Shown here one piece after another: positions 49,101-60,139 of a stretch of 64,000 nucleotides of DNA. Origin of the DNA: Squalus acanthias (lineage: Eukaryota); contig JASTWF010000331.1 of NCBI GenBank assembly GCA_030390025.1, positions 62,001-126,000 of the forward strand, in the 5' to 3' direction. A program made the position numbers and the translations under genes. The notes below the pieces were generated by a model, which did not search any database, was not told the DNA's origin, and saw only the letters and a list, made by a program, of their open reading frames with translations. Every line of letters begins with the position of its first letter. Within the stretch, counting starts at the first letter, position 1.

Positions 49101-52100
49101 GGTATAAGGGCATGTGTTGCATCTCCTGCGCGTGCACGGGAAGGTGCCGGGCGAAGGGGAAGGGGTGCTGGGGGTGGTAGAGGAGTGGACTAGGGTGTCG
49201 CGGAGGGAGCGCTCCCTACGGAATGCTGAAAGGGGAGGTGAGGGGAAGATGTGTTTGGTGGTGGGATCACGCTGGAGGTGGCGGAAATGGTGGAGAATGA
49301 TCCGTTGAATGTGGAGGCTGGTGGGGTGAAAGGTGAGGACAAGGGGAACCCTATCGTGGTTCCGGGAGGGAGGGGCAGGGGTGAGGGCAGAACTGCGGGA
49401 GATAGAACGGACACGGTCGAGGGCCGTGTCGACCACGGTAGAGGGGAATCCTCGGTTGAGGAAAAAGGAAGACATGTCGGAAGCACTGGTATGGAAGGTG
49501 GCATCATCAGAGCAGATGCGGCGGAGACGGAGAAACTGGGAGAATAGAATAGAGTCCTTACAGGAGGCGGGGTGGGAGGAAGTGTAGTCCAGGTCGCTGT
49601 GGGAGTCGGTGGGCTTGTAGTGAATGTTAGTCAATAACCTATCCCCAGAGATGGAGATGGAGAAGTCGAGGAAGGGAAGGGAAGAGTCAGAGATGAACCA
49701 TGTGAAGGTGAGGGAAGGGTGGAAATTGGAAGCATAGTGAATTAAATGTTCCAGTTCAGGGCGAGAGCAGGAGACGGCACCGATACAGTCATCAATGTAC
49801 CGGAAAAAGCGGTGAGGGAGGGGACCCGAGTAGGACTGGAACAAAGAGTGTTCCACATATCCCACGAAAAGGCAGGCATAGCTAGGACCCATGCGGGTAC
49901 CCATAGCAACACCTTTAATTTGGAGGAAATGGGTAGAGTCAAAGGAGAAGTTGTTCAATGTGAGAACAAGTTCAGCCAGGCGGAGGAGGGTGGTGGTGGA
50001 TGGGGACTGGTTGGGCCTCTGTTCAAGGAAGAAGCGGAGCGCCCTCAGGCCATCCTGGTGGGGAATGGAGGTGTAGAGGGATTGTACGTCCATAGTGAAG
50101 AGGAGACGGTTGGGGCCGGGAAACTGGAAACTGTTAAAATTGCGGAGGGCATCGGAAGAGTAGCGGATGTAGGTGGGAAGAGACTGGACAAGAGGAGAAA
50201 AAATAGAGTCGAGATAGGAAGAGATAAGTTCCGTGGGGCAAGAACAGGCTGAAACGATGGGTCTACCGGGGCAGTCCTGTTTGTGGATCTTGGGAAGGAG
50301 GTAGAAGCGGGCTGTGCGGGGTTGGGGAACTATGAGGTTGGCGGCCGTGGGGGGAAGATCTCCAGAGGAGATGAGGTCAGTGACAGTCTTGGACACGGTG
50401 GCTTGATGTTCGGTAGTGGGGTCATGGCCCAGGTGGAGGTAGGCGGAGGTGTCAGAGAGTTGGCGTTCAACTTCCGCTAGGTAGAGGTCGGTTCGCCAAA
50501 CAACAACAGCACCACCCTTGTCAGCAGGTTTAATGACAATGTCAGGGTTGGATCTGAGAGAATGGAGTGCTGCAAGTTCAGAGGGAGGTAGGTTGGAGTG
50601 AGTGAGGGGAGCAGAGAAATTGAGCTGGCCGATGTCACGGTGGCAGTTAGCAATGAAAAGATCCAGAGAGGGTAAGAGGCCAGAGGGAGGGGTCCAGGTG
50701 GAACGAGAATTCTGAAAGCGGGAGAAAGGGTCAGCCGTGCGGGGGGGAAGACTCCTGGCCAGAGAAGTGGGCACGGAGACGGAGGCGGCGGAAAAAGAGC
50801 TCAGCATCGTGCCGAGCTCGAAATTCATTGAGATGGGGGCGTAAGGGGATGAAGCTCAGGCCTTTGCTGAGGACTGATCGTTCAGAGTCAGAGAGGGGAA
50901 GGTCAGAGGGGTTAGTGAAAACGTGGCAGGGGTGAGATTGGGAGAAGGGGGGTCAGAGGAAAGTGAAGGGGAAGAAGGTTCCGGAGGGGCGTTAGTGTCC
51001 AAGAGTTGTTGAAGCTTGCGATCCTTGACATCGGAAAGGAAGAAGAAAAGTTTTTTGTTGAAGCGTCGGATTCCTTCCCTTTAATCCCTGTCTGTTGTCT
51101 CTGGTCTCTCCTTTTCCCAGTCCCACTAAAACGGTTCCCTGTGTTTTCAATCCACACAAGACTTATACCCGAACCGTTCCCCTGTCGTTTGTACAGATAC
51201 GGAAGGTACCGCTGGATATTTTCACCTCTTCATATCATTGTTTCAGATTCACCACATTTGCAGTTTTATCTATTTCTTTCCTATTTGACGAGTTTCTCTT
51301 CGGTAACATTCTGTGATTCTAAGATCTGATTTCCAGTCAGTTCTGTGATGTTTAAATAATCCAAACTCATTCAATGTCCCTCCCACTCACCCGACGTTCT
51401 TGTTCACTGAAATGCCTCCCGTCTGTTAATAACGAGCTGAGTCCGTCCACCCCTCCTTCAATCGCCTGTTCCAGTCTGTCCCGGTAGAATTTTGTGAACT
51501 GGAACAGCTGGTAATCGTCGCACTTTGTCAAGAACTCAGTGATTGTAGAGTTTGGATCTGTGAACACAAATAGAGAAAACTAAGCACATTATCCACTTTC
51601 TACCCAGACTGCTACATTTCATCGTATACCAAACGGCTGAACTCCTGTGAGCCACATTATCAAACACCTTCTGATAACCCACATACACCGCATGGGCAAC
51701 ATTCCATCAACCTGTATATTCACATCTCAACAAAACTGCATCTTAATGTGTTGGGAGATTGGGCACATGACTGGCAAATGATGTTTAGCTTGGATAAGTG
51801 CCGTGTTGTGCCTGTGGGCAGTGCGAATGCTCAACATTCGTACACCCTTCATTGCATTAAAGAAGGGGGAGAAATGAAGATCCGGGCATTCTAGTGCATC
51901 CATCTCTAAAGGTACAGGAGCAATGCCGTGCAGCGATAGCTAGAACAAAGGGGGTATTGGGCTGCATTCATAGGACAGTTGGTTATAAGACGACCTATTT
52001 TTCCTTGTACAAGACCTTGGTGAAAGCCTCACTTGGAATACTGTGTCCAGTTTTGGTCTCCTCACATGGTGGGTGATATTGAGGCTTTGATGCAGAGGAG

Positions 52101-54160
52101 GGACATTGGACTAATTCCCAGTACAAAGCAACTTAGTTATCAAGATAGGCTTAGAATTTGGAATCTACACTTTAGAGAAGCAAAGACTTAGCGGTGATCT
52201 GATTGAGGTTTATAAGATGATGAAGGGAATCGATTGTGTTCCATTTGACAGTTTGATCCAATTACATAGCTTACGGAGGGCCAGGAGTCACAATTTTAAG
52301 TTGTGCAAGGCCAGATTGAGGTTCGATGTCAGGTGGTTCTTTTCCCAGAGAATAGTCGACCTCTGGAACAGGATACCTTCTCTGGCGGTGGATACTGACT
52401 CGATGAATTCCTTCCTGTTTGGTGCGGACAACACCTCTTACAACAGGAAGACACTTCGGGAATTCAGTGTAAGATTGATCTGCTGGACTAGTTTCAATCA
52501 CCTAGATGGGTCGGAGAGGAATTTCCCGTATTTTAATCCCCCAAATTGGCCTGTGTTTTTACCTGTTTTTTTCCACCTCACCAATGGTTTGGTTTGGGAT
52601 AGCTAGAGCAAAGTATGACAAAGTATCGCAATTGCCTGGGAAAGTCTGGATGGACCAAAGGGTCTTTACCTGTCCGTCATTGTTCGTGAAATTGTCAGAT
52701 ACGACTTTTCTACAGCTAATCCGTTCCAGCCTCCCCTCATCATCCTCTTTATCACTAAATGCTCGCTAATTCGACCTGGATTAACAGATTTGAGGAGTTT
52801 CTACACAATGGTCTCTGGTTACCAGGTTAATCCACTCTCCACATTAGAACAGAATCATCACTTGGGCTTCTTCAGTCCACCTGTATATTTTTGATATTAA
52901 ACGTGGGTTGAAATGCTGTGGTCAGTCCCTCCTATCTCCTCTCTGACTTCCTCCAACAGTCTGGGGTGCATTATTTCTGAGCCCAGTGACTTCTCCACCT
53001 CGGCTATTTTACTCAGATCCAAATCCTTCTCTACAGTGATCTCTAACTACGTGCCCACATCCTCCTCTAGTACATCAACATTCTCACTTCCACCATCATG
53101 TTTAGAAAGTTAAGGAAATATTTTGTATCTCCCCAAAATTGCATCCTCCACAACTAGTTACCCCAGACACCCCTCTATCTCACCTCCACTGCTCACTGAC
53201 CTGCAAAACCCACTGAGAATTGTGCTATCTCCCTTCCTATTGCTGAACTGTGTACATATGGATTCCATCTCAGCATTGCTCCCTGGAACACCCGTATGTT
53301 CTAAACCTCTCCACCTCTCTCTCGCTCTCCTCCTTTCAGACCTTCCTTAAACCTTACCTGTCCTAATATCTCCTTATGTGACTCGGTGTCAAATTCTGAT
53401 TGATAACACTCCTGTGAAGCAACTTGAGACGTTTTTCAACGTTAAAGGTGCGGTATAAATGCCAGTTTGTTCTTGTTGTTGTTCTTGTGTTGTCATAGAA
53501 CGCTTTATTGATACTGGCGTCCACACATGTTTTGCTCTTCCCTCAAAATGTTATCACCAGAAAAATCTCCCTCTGAGTTCTGTGAAAACCAAGGCCCTGT
53601 CTTATAGATACTAGATCACATCTCTCATGCTTCTGAATGTTTGGAATGATTTGTACACTCACACACAACACTCAATACTAGCTCCAACATTTGAAATGTT
53701 GACTCGTGCCCGTTTCTTCTTTTTAAAAACACAACTTTACCTCTCACTTGGAGTCACACTCTTGCTCAGGAAGACGCTCCTCTGAGTAAATGTCTCTATC
53801 CACCTTACAGTCCCCTATACCAGGTATCTATTGGACAGTTCCAGTACTCAGGGGCTCCCTCCACCTGTGACTGTGATCCTCTGAGTCACTGTCGCTATCC
53901 ACCTTACACTCTCCAATACCAGGTATCTATTGGACAGTTCCAGTACTCAGAGACTGCCTCTCGATGGTCACTCACTTCCCTCTTTGTACTCAGTCTCTGC
54001 CCTGTTCCCTCTTCCTGTGTGAGTTGCAGGTTCTTGCACTAGTTCAGGACCATTTGTCGGGACAGAAATTGTATTTAAAGTATTTTGTGAACCTACCTGT
54101 GTCCATTCTTATTCTTGTTGTAGATTTTGGATCTTCTCCCATGTTTGGACCTTCAGCCAT
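28013..54160 (-). CDS. NLR (NOD-like receptor) gene, CARD-like death fold + NACHT + RI-type LRR, 10 coding exons, 975 aa
   Basis: Exons 54160-54097, 51557-51391, 38127-37956, 37856-37791, 33762-31989, 29289-29203, 29061-28891, 28749-28579, 28437-28270 and 28100-28013 have GT/AG ends and matching phases (1,0,1,1,2,2,2,2,2). They total 2928 nt and end in TAA. Orthology cannot be assigned by eye. Confidence 0.9.
28270..28437 (-). CDS. NLR exon 9, 168-nt LRR
   Basis: Encodes [55 protein letters not shown], donor GA|GTGAGT. Confidence 0.92.
28579..28749 (-). CDS. NLR exon 8, 171-nt LRR pair
   Basis: Encodes [39 protein letters not shown]... (ORF 28575..28772), canonical splice sites. Confidence 0.93.
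28891..29061 (-). CDS. NLR exon 7, 171-nt LRR pair
   Basis: Encodes [39 protein letters not shown]..., canonical splice sites, typical RI-type 57-aa exon. Confidence 0.93.
29203..29289 (-). CDS. NLR exon 6, 87-nt LRR
   Basis: Encodes [28 protein letters not shown], acceptor ttgtgtttag, donor GA|GTAAGT. Confidence 0.92.
29422..29500. repeat. GC-rich simple repeat (GGGTCGGTGGC)n
   Basis: Seen directly in the sequence. Confidence 0.7.
29792..31100 (-). mobile_element. Penelope-like element 3' fragment in NLR intron 5
   Basis: ORF 30192..31106 is highly similar to the C-terminus of ORF 48729..50828 (GIY-YIG). The same terminal repeat occurs at 29792-29900. Confidence 0.92.
31989..33762 (-). 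CDS. NLR exon 5, NACHT domain (NBD, HD1, winged helix, HD2) and first LRR
   Basis: ORF 31985..33829 has Walker A GVPGIGKT, Walker [11 protein letters not shown], sensor-1 VLVTSRP and winged-helix FPHLTIQEF. Donor GG|GTAACT. Confidence 0.97.
34480..37560. repeat. 39-bp minisatellite (~79 copies) in NLR intron 4
   Basis: Unit CAGTGTATCAGGATCCTGCCAGGTGTGTATGGGGTTTCA. Confidence 0.97.
37791..37856 (-). CDS. NLR exon 4, 66-nt linker ([22 protein letters not shown])
   Basis: Acceptor tttcaacag, donor AAG|GTAAGT, phase 1-1, open frame. Confidence 0.8.
37956..38127 (-). CDS. NLR exon 3, C-terminal half of the CARD-like domain (KVTELAEKG...[13 protein letters not shown]...EIQEL)
   Basis: Acceptor ttattctttacag, donor G|GTACGG. 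LLxLVxxKGxxA resembles the CARD helix 4-5 pattern. Confidence 0.85.
38880..40870 (+). mobile_element. Degraded CR1-clade LINE
   Basis: Endonuclease and RT remnants ([21 protein letters not shown]), same family as 56790-58380. Confidence 0.8.
40934..42040 (+). mobile_element. Two adjacent CR1/HER1 3' fragments (40934-41520, 41645-42040)
   Basis: [14 protein letters not shown] and RRNFFT motifs, each followed by a tail. Confidence 0.92.
42608..43005. repeat. 80-bp tandem repeat, 5 copies
   Basis: CTGAATAATCTC at 42613, 42692, 42772, 42852 and 42932. Confidence 0.93.
43540..47865. repeat. 51-bp minisatellite (~85 copies) in NLR intron 2
   Basis: Unit ATGGGTAGTGAGCAGGAGGTTGGGATTAGACTAGGTGGGATATTAACGGTA. 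Confidence 0.97.
48317..51072 (-). mobile_element. Penelope-like retroelement, 5'-truncated, RT + GIY-YIG endonuclease, in NLR intron 2
   Basis: ORF 48729..50828 has [14 protein letters not shown] and LVYCIRC...LYIGET. It carries a 3' terminal repeat and a 13-bp TSD CCTTCCCTTTAAT at 48304-48316 and 51073-51085. Confidence 0.95.
48412..48454 (-). ncRNA. Minimal type I hammerhead ribozyme motif in the Penelope terminal repeat
   Basis: Minus strand reads CAGTT-CTGATGA-A-AGGTC atc GACCT-GAAA-CGTT-ACCT, giving the core, stem II, a palindromic stem III and an imperfect stem I. Confidence 0.6.
51391..51557 (-). CDS. NLR exon 2, N-terminal half of the death-fold domain ([10 protein letters not shown]...FSEQERR)
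   Basis: Acceptor tttgtgttcacag, donor CGG|GTGAGT, lies within ORF 51367..51567. Confidence 0.85.
51745..52690 (+). mobile_element. Degraded CR1 3' fragment
   Basis: [11 protein letters not shown] motif and tail. Confidence 0.75.
53290..53490 (+). mobile_element. L2-type 3' tail
   Basis: TGTGAAGC...GTTAAAGGTGCGGTATAAATGC followed by (TTG)n. Confidence 0.55.
54097..54160 (-). CDS. NLR coding exon 1 ([21 protein letters not shown])
   Basis: Kozak context CACCACCATGG, acceptor ttgttgcag before 54192, donor G|GTAGGT, phase 1 matches the next exon. Confidence 0.75.
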
Positions 54161-54549
54161 GGTGGTGACAGGCGTTCCCAAGTTCTGATGCTCTGCAACA
54201 AATATAATATTAATGGGAGGGTTAGACTGAAATATTAAAATGAGGAGAACGTTGCCTTGTTCAACATATCATCAAGTCCCTCCTCCCCCATCAGTACAGC
54301 AGCTGTTACTCTGGGATCTCAGAAAACACCATGAATATACAATTGGTAGATTTGACTGCTGTTTTACAATCATAATTCTCCATTTGCGTGTGTGCCCGCG
54401 CACGTGCGTCCATTGAAACTATCAATCAGCGGCCTTTCCTTTCCCCACTGTGGAAATGTCAAAGCGATTCAGTTAATTCAGTCCCAGTTTCAGACTTTGT
54501 AAAATTCAGTACTTTGCTGTTTCACTACCGCTGCCACTAGTGTAATAAA

Positions 54550-56380
54550 CACACAACAGCAACAACAGAGGGACAAGGAGAATGTATGCGAAATGATTAG
54601 TGGTAACATAATAGGGAACACTAACGCCTTTTATAAGCATACAAAGCGTGAAAGAATAGTCCAAGGAAAGGCGGGGCCGATTAATGAACAAAAAGGCAAT
54701 CATCTTGTGGAAGCAGAGGACATGGCTGAGGTACTAAATTAACACTTTGCCTCCGTATTCACTAAAGGAGAGGATGCTGCCAATCGTACAGTAAAGGAGG
54801 AGGTGGTAGAGAAATTGGACAATCAATTAGGACGATGTACTAAAACGGTTGACAGGGCTCAAAGTAGAAATGTCACCCGCTCTGCCACAATCTTCCAATC
54901 CTTGGATATGGGAAAGGTGCCAGAGGAGTGGAGGGCTGCAAACGTTACTTCCCTGTTCAAAAAAGGAGAGAGAGTGATAACCAAATAACTACAGGCGACT
55001 CAGCTTAACATCGGTGATGAGGAAACTCCTCGAGACAGAATTTCCGAAACAAAATTATATATGGACTTTCAGAAGGCGTTTGATAAAGTACCTCATAATA
55101 GCCTGGTTGACAAAACTGGAGCGAATTATATTAAAGGAGCAGTGGCAGCGTGGATACTAAATTGGCGAAGGGACAGAAAATAATCAGTGGTTGTGAACCG
55201 ATATTGTTCACACTGGAGGGAAGTATACAGTGTCCCCAGGGGTCGGTATTAGGACCACTGCTCTTTGATATATTTCAGTGACATGGACTTAGGTATACAG
55301 GGCATAATTTAAAAATTTGTCGATGACACGAATCTCAGAAAAGTCGTAAACCGTGAGGAGGATAGCAGAAGACTTCAGGAGGAAATAGAGGCACCAGTGA
55401 AATGGGTAGACACATGGCAGGTGAAATTTAATGAAGAGAAGTGTGAAATGCTGCATTTTGGAAGGAAGAATGAGGCGATGCAATTTAAACCAACTGGTAC
55501 AATTTAAAGGGGTTGCAGGAACAGTAAAACTTGGGGGTATAGATACAGTGGCGGGACAGGACGATAAGGCTTTTCGAAACGTATATGGGTGCATTGGCTT
55601 TATTAATAGAGGCACAGCAACATAGGAACAGGAGTAGGCCACTCATTCATTCTAGCTTGTTCCTCCATTCAATTCGATCATGGCCCAGCTGGATCTTAAC
55701 TCCATCTCCCCGCCTTGGTTCCATAACCCTAAATACCATTGCCTAACATAAATCTATCAATGACAGTTTTGTCATTTTCAATTGTCCGAAACTCAACAGC
55801 TTTTTGAGCGCGAGTGTTCCAGATTTCCACTACACTGTGTCTGAAGAAATGCTTTCTAACATCACCCCTGAACGGCCGAGCTCTGCATTTAACGTTATGC
55901 CCCCGCCTTTTATGTACTAGTACACCAAAGGACATAGTTTAACTCTTTCTATGCTAGCAATTCCTTTGATCATCTTAAACACATCAATTCGATCACCCCT
56001 TAACTTTGTATAATCAAGGGAATAAACGCTTCGTCAATGCAATCTATCCTCATAATTTAAAGCTTTTAGCCCCTGTATCGTTCTGGTGAATCTGAGCTGC
56101 ACCATCTCCAAAGCCAAGATATTGTTCCCGAGGTGCGGTTCTCTAAATGGGTCTAACCCGAGCTCTGTGCAGCTGGAACAGAACTTCTACCCCTTCGTAT
56201 TCCAGCCCTCGAGATAAAGCCCAACATTCCATTAGCATTTTAATTATTTTTGGTACCCATCAACTAGCTTCTGGTGATTTCTGTACTTGGACCCCTCGTT
56301 CTCTCTGCTCATCCATAGTTCCTGACTTCTAACCATTTAGAAAATTCTCTGATCTATCCTTTTTGGGTCCAACGTGAATG
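54550..56380. mobile_element. CR1 fragments (54550-55620 +, 55620-56380 -)
   Basis: VPEEWRAANVT, DFQKAFDKVP and RKHFFRHSVVEIWN remnants. Confidence 0.8.
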
Positions 56381-56789
56381 AATTCATTTTTTTCTGAAGT
56401 GAGGGGAGTGCGACAAACTCGCTCAATTCATTCCAGGAGGATGGGTTCTCCGGCGCTCTGAATGTTATTTAATATTGGTGTCGGGAGTCTAACGCATCGA
56501 ATGTATATGTGGACACGGTGTCAAGATGTAATTAGAGTGGAGGAGACTCCCGTGCAGTATAAACACAGCATAGACCACTTGAGCCGAATGGACTCTTTCT
56601 CTGCTGCAGTTTCGATGTAACTCTAATCTGCTCTGAACAGTCACAAACTACAATCTCTGTGACTGTGACCATGTCGTGTAACCCTTCCTTGTCCATCATT
56701 CACCTTCCCACAGCATTCGATATGGTCTCAACTGGCATCCTTTTCCAGGTTCCATGACTCCATTTTCCATCCCATAAAACTTTTTTTTA

Positions 56790-58380
56790 TTCGCTAATGG
56801 CATCTGGCGTCGCTGGCAAGGCCAGCATTTATTGCCCATCCCTAATTGCCCTTCAGAAGGTGGAAGTGAGCTGCCTTCTTGAACCGCTGCAGTCCATGTG
56901 GTGAAGGTACTCCCACAGTGCTGTCAGGGAGGGAGTTCCAGGATTTTGACCCAGCGACGATGAAGGATCGGCGATATACTTCTAAGTCAGGATGGTGTGT
57001 CACTTGGTGGGTAACTTGGAGGTGGTGGTGTTCCCATGCGCCTGCTGCCCTTGTCCCTCTAGGTGGTAGAGGTCACGGGTTTGGGAGGTGCTACCGAAGA
57101 AGCCTTGGCGAGTTGCTGCAGTGCATCTTGTAGATGGTACACACTGCAGCCATGGTACGCCGGTGGTGGAGGGAGTGAATGTTTAAGGTAGTGGATGGGG
57201 TGCCAATCAAGCGGGCTGCTTTGTCCTGGATGGTGTCGAGCTTCATGAGTGTTGTTGGAGCTGCACTCATCCAGGCAAGTGGAGAATATTCAATCACACT
57301 TCTTACTTGTGCCTTGTAGATGGTGAAAAGGCTTTGGGGAGTCAGGAGGTGAGACACTCGCCACAGAATACCCAGCCTCTGACCTGCTCTTATTGCCGTA
57401 GTTTTTATGTGGCTGTTCCAGTTAAGTTTCTGGTTAATGGTGACCCCCAGCATGTTGATAGTGGGGGATTCGGCAATGGTAATGCCATTGACTGTCAAGG
57501 GGAGGTGGTTAGACTCTCGCTTGTTGTAGATAGTCATTGCCTGGCACTTCTGTGGCGCGAAAGTTACCTGCCACTTATCAGCCCAAGCCTGAACGTCGTC
57601 CATATCTTGCTGCATGAGAGCATGGACTGCTTCATTATCTGAGCAGTTGTGAATGGCGGTGAACACTGTGCAGTCATCAGCGAACATCCCCATTTCTGAG
57701 CTTATGTTGGAGGGAAGATCATTGATGAAGCAGCTGAAGATGGTTTGCCCTAGGACACTGCCCTGAGGAACTCCTGCCGCAATATCCTGGGGCTGTGATG
57801 ATTGACTTTCAATCGCCATAACCATCTTCTTTTGTGCTCGGTATGGCTCCAGCCAGTGGAGCGCTTTCCTCCCCCGCCCCGATTCACATTGACTTCAGTT
57901 TTACTAGGGCTCCTTGTTACCACACTTGGTCAAATGCTGTCTTGAAGTCAAGGGCAGTCACTCTCACCTCACCTCTGGAATTCAGCTCCTTTGTCCATGT
58001 TTGGACCAAGGCTGTAATGAGGTCAGGGGCCGAGTGGTCTTGGCGGAACCCAGTCTGGGCATCCGTGAGCAGGTTATTGGTGACTAAGTGCCGCTTGATA
58101 GCACTGTCGATGACGCCTTCCATCATTTTGCTGATCATTGAGTTTAGACTGAGGGGGCAGTAATTGGCCGGGTTGGATTTGTCCTGTTATATGTGGACAG
58201 GACATACCTGGGCAGGTTTCCACATTCTCGGATAGATGCCAGTGTTGTAGCTGTACTGGAACAGCTTGGCTAGAGGCGCGACTAGTTCTGGAGCACAAGT
58301 CTTCAGCACAATAGCTGGGATGTTGTCGGGGCCCATAGCCTTTGCTGTATCCAGTGCAATCAGCCATTTCTTGATATCAC
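56790..58380 (-). mobile_element. CR1-clade LINE RT fragment with tail
   Basis: ORFs 57091..57825 (QGSVLG, MFADD), 57917..58138 (LDFKTAFDQVW) and 58187..58507. Confidence 0.92.
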
Positions 58381-58384
58381 GTGC

Positions 58385-59600
58385 GAACAGCATGTTTAAA
58401 TCTGAGACACTGAATGGGAAGGGGAGGGAACAGGATTCCTGGCAGGGGCTGAAGGCCATGATTTTTGTCTTCCCAATGTTTAATTGAAGAAATGTGTAGC
58501 TCATCACAGATGGATGTCGGACAAGCAGCGTGAGGAAGCAGAGTCAGTGGAGGGTTGGAGAGAGCTGGTGGACATGTGGAGCAGAGTGGTGTCAGGGTAC
58601 AAGTGAAAGCTGACCATTGTCTTCGGCTGTCTCCAAGGGGCAGCACGCAGATGAGAAATAGGAGGGGGCGAGGATAGACCCATGGGGGAGTCCAGAGGGA
58701 ACAGTGCGGGAGCGGGAAGAGAAGACATTGATGGAGATTCTCCGGCAACGACTGGATTGATAAAAGTGGAACCAAGTGACGGCAGTCCCACTGAGCTGGA
58801 CAACGGAGGGGAGGGCAGTCCCACTGAGCTGGACAACTGGGGGAGGGCAGTCCCACTGAGCTGGACAACGGAGGGGAGGGCAGTCCCACTGAGCTGGACA
58901 ACGGGGGGGGGGGGGGAGGACAGTCCCACTGAGCTGGACAACGGAGGGAGGACAATCCCACTGAGCTGGACAACGGATGGGAGGACAGTCCCACTGAGCT
59001 GGACAACGGGGGGAGGACAGTCCCACTGAGCTGGACAACGAAAGGAGGGCAGTCCCACTGAGCTGGACAACGGAGGGGAAGGCAGTCCCACTGAGCTGGA
59101 AACGGGGGGAGGGCAGTCCCACTGAGCTGGACAACGGAGGGGAGGGCAGTCCCACTGAGCAGGACAACGGAGGGGAGGGCAGTCCCACTGAGCTGGACAA
59201 CGGGGGGGGGGGGGGGGGGGAGGACAGTCCCACTGAGCTGGACAACGGAGGGAGGACAATCCCACTGAGCTGGACAACGGATGGGAGGACAGTCCCACTG
59301 AGCTGGACAACGGGGGGAGGGCAGTCCCACTGAGCTGGACAATGGAGGGGAGGGCAGTCCCACTGAGCTGGACAACGGAGGGGAGGCGTTGGAGGATGTT
59401 GTGCTCGACCGTGTCAAAGACAGCAGAGGTCGAGAAGAATGAGGAGGGATAGTTTTCCACGTTCACAGTCTCAGTGCTGTGGCAGGAGCAGAAACCCGAT
59501 TGGAGAGATTCAAACATAAGGCTGTGAAAAAGATGGGCAGAAATTCGGGAAGCGACAAAACATTGAGGAAAGGGAGGCTGGAGATGGAGATACACCTGTC
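58385..59600 (-). mobile_element. L2-like LINE RT fragment
   Basis: FESLQSGF...HSTET...SAVFDTVEH and LQLNIGKTK motifs. Confidence 0.85.
58780..59385 (-). repeat. ~33-bp minisatellite inside an L2 fragment
   Basis: Unit GGGCAGTCCCACTGAGCTGGACAACGGAGGGGA reads SVVQLSGTALP on the minus strand and has variable G runs. Confidence 0.93.
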
Positions 59601-60139
59601 TAACTCTTCACCCATGTGTCAAACGGGACGAGTTTCTGATCAAACCCTCTCCTCTGAAATACACAAACCCTATTTGTGATTCAATGTTATAGAAACAGTT
59701 AAACTCGTTTCACTTTTACAGAATATTCCACGCGCTCTGGCTGGGCGACTGGAATCTCCCAGTTCCACCGGAGGAGTTTGCTTGTTGCAGGCTACAGAAT
59801 AAGAGCAAAGCTTCTGATGTTCTCTTTATAACAAACTGTCTCAGAAAATGCGGCATCGTCACTTCCTGTTTTACATGGCATTATCAGCAGAGAATCAAGC
59901 TATTCATCCCAAGTGGTCTGTGCCGGTGTTTATGGTCCACACGAGCCTGCTGCCAGCGCTCTTCATCTAACCCCATCAGCATGACCTTATATTCCTTTCA
60001 CTCTCATGCATTTATCACACATCCCATTCAATGTATCTATTATTTGATGTGAGGCTCAGCAACATGGAACTTACCTTCTGACCGATCCTAAACAATTCAA
60101 GTGATGTTGTTCCTCCGTCCCCCCACGGGCACAGCGCCC

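Noticed and set aside
58780..59385. CRISPR-like look (constant ~24-bp core with variable linkers)
   Set aside because: The linkers are short G/A runs rather than unique spacers. The unit derives from L2 RT, the DNA is eukaryotic and there are no cas genes.
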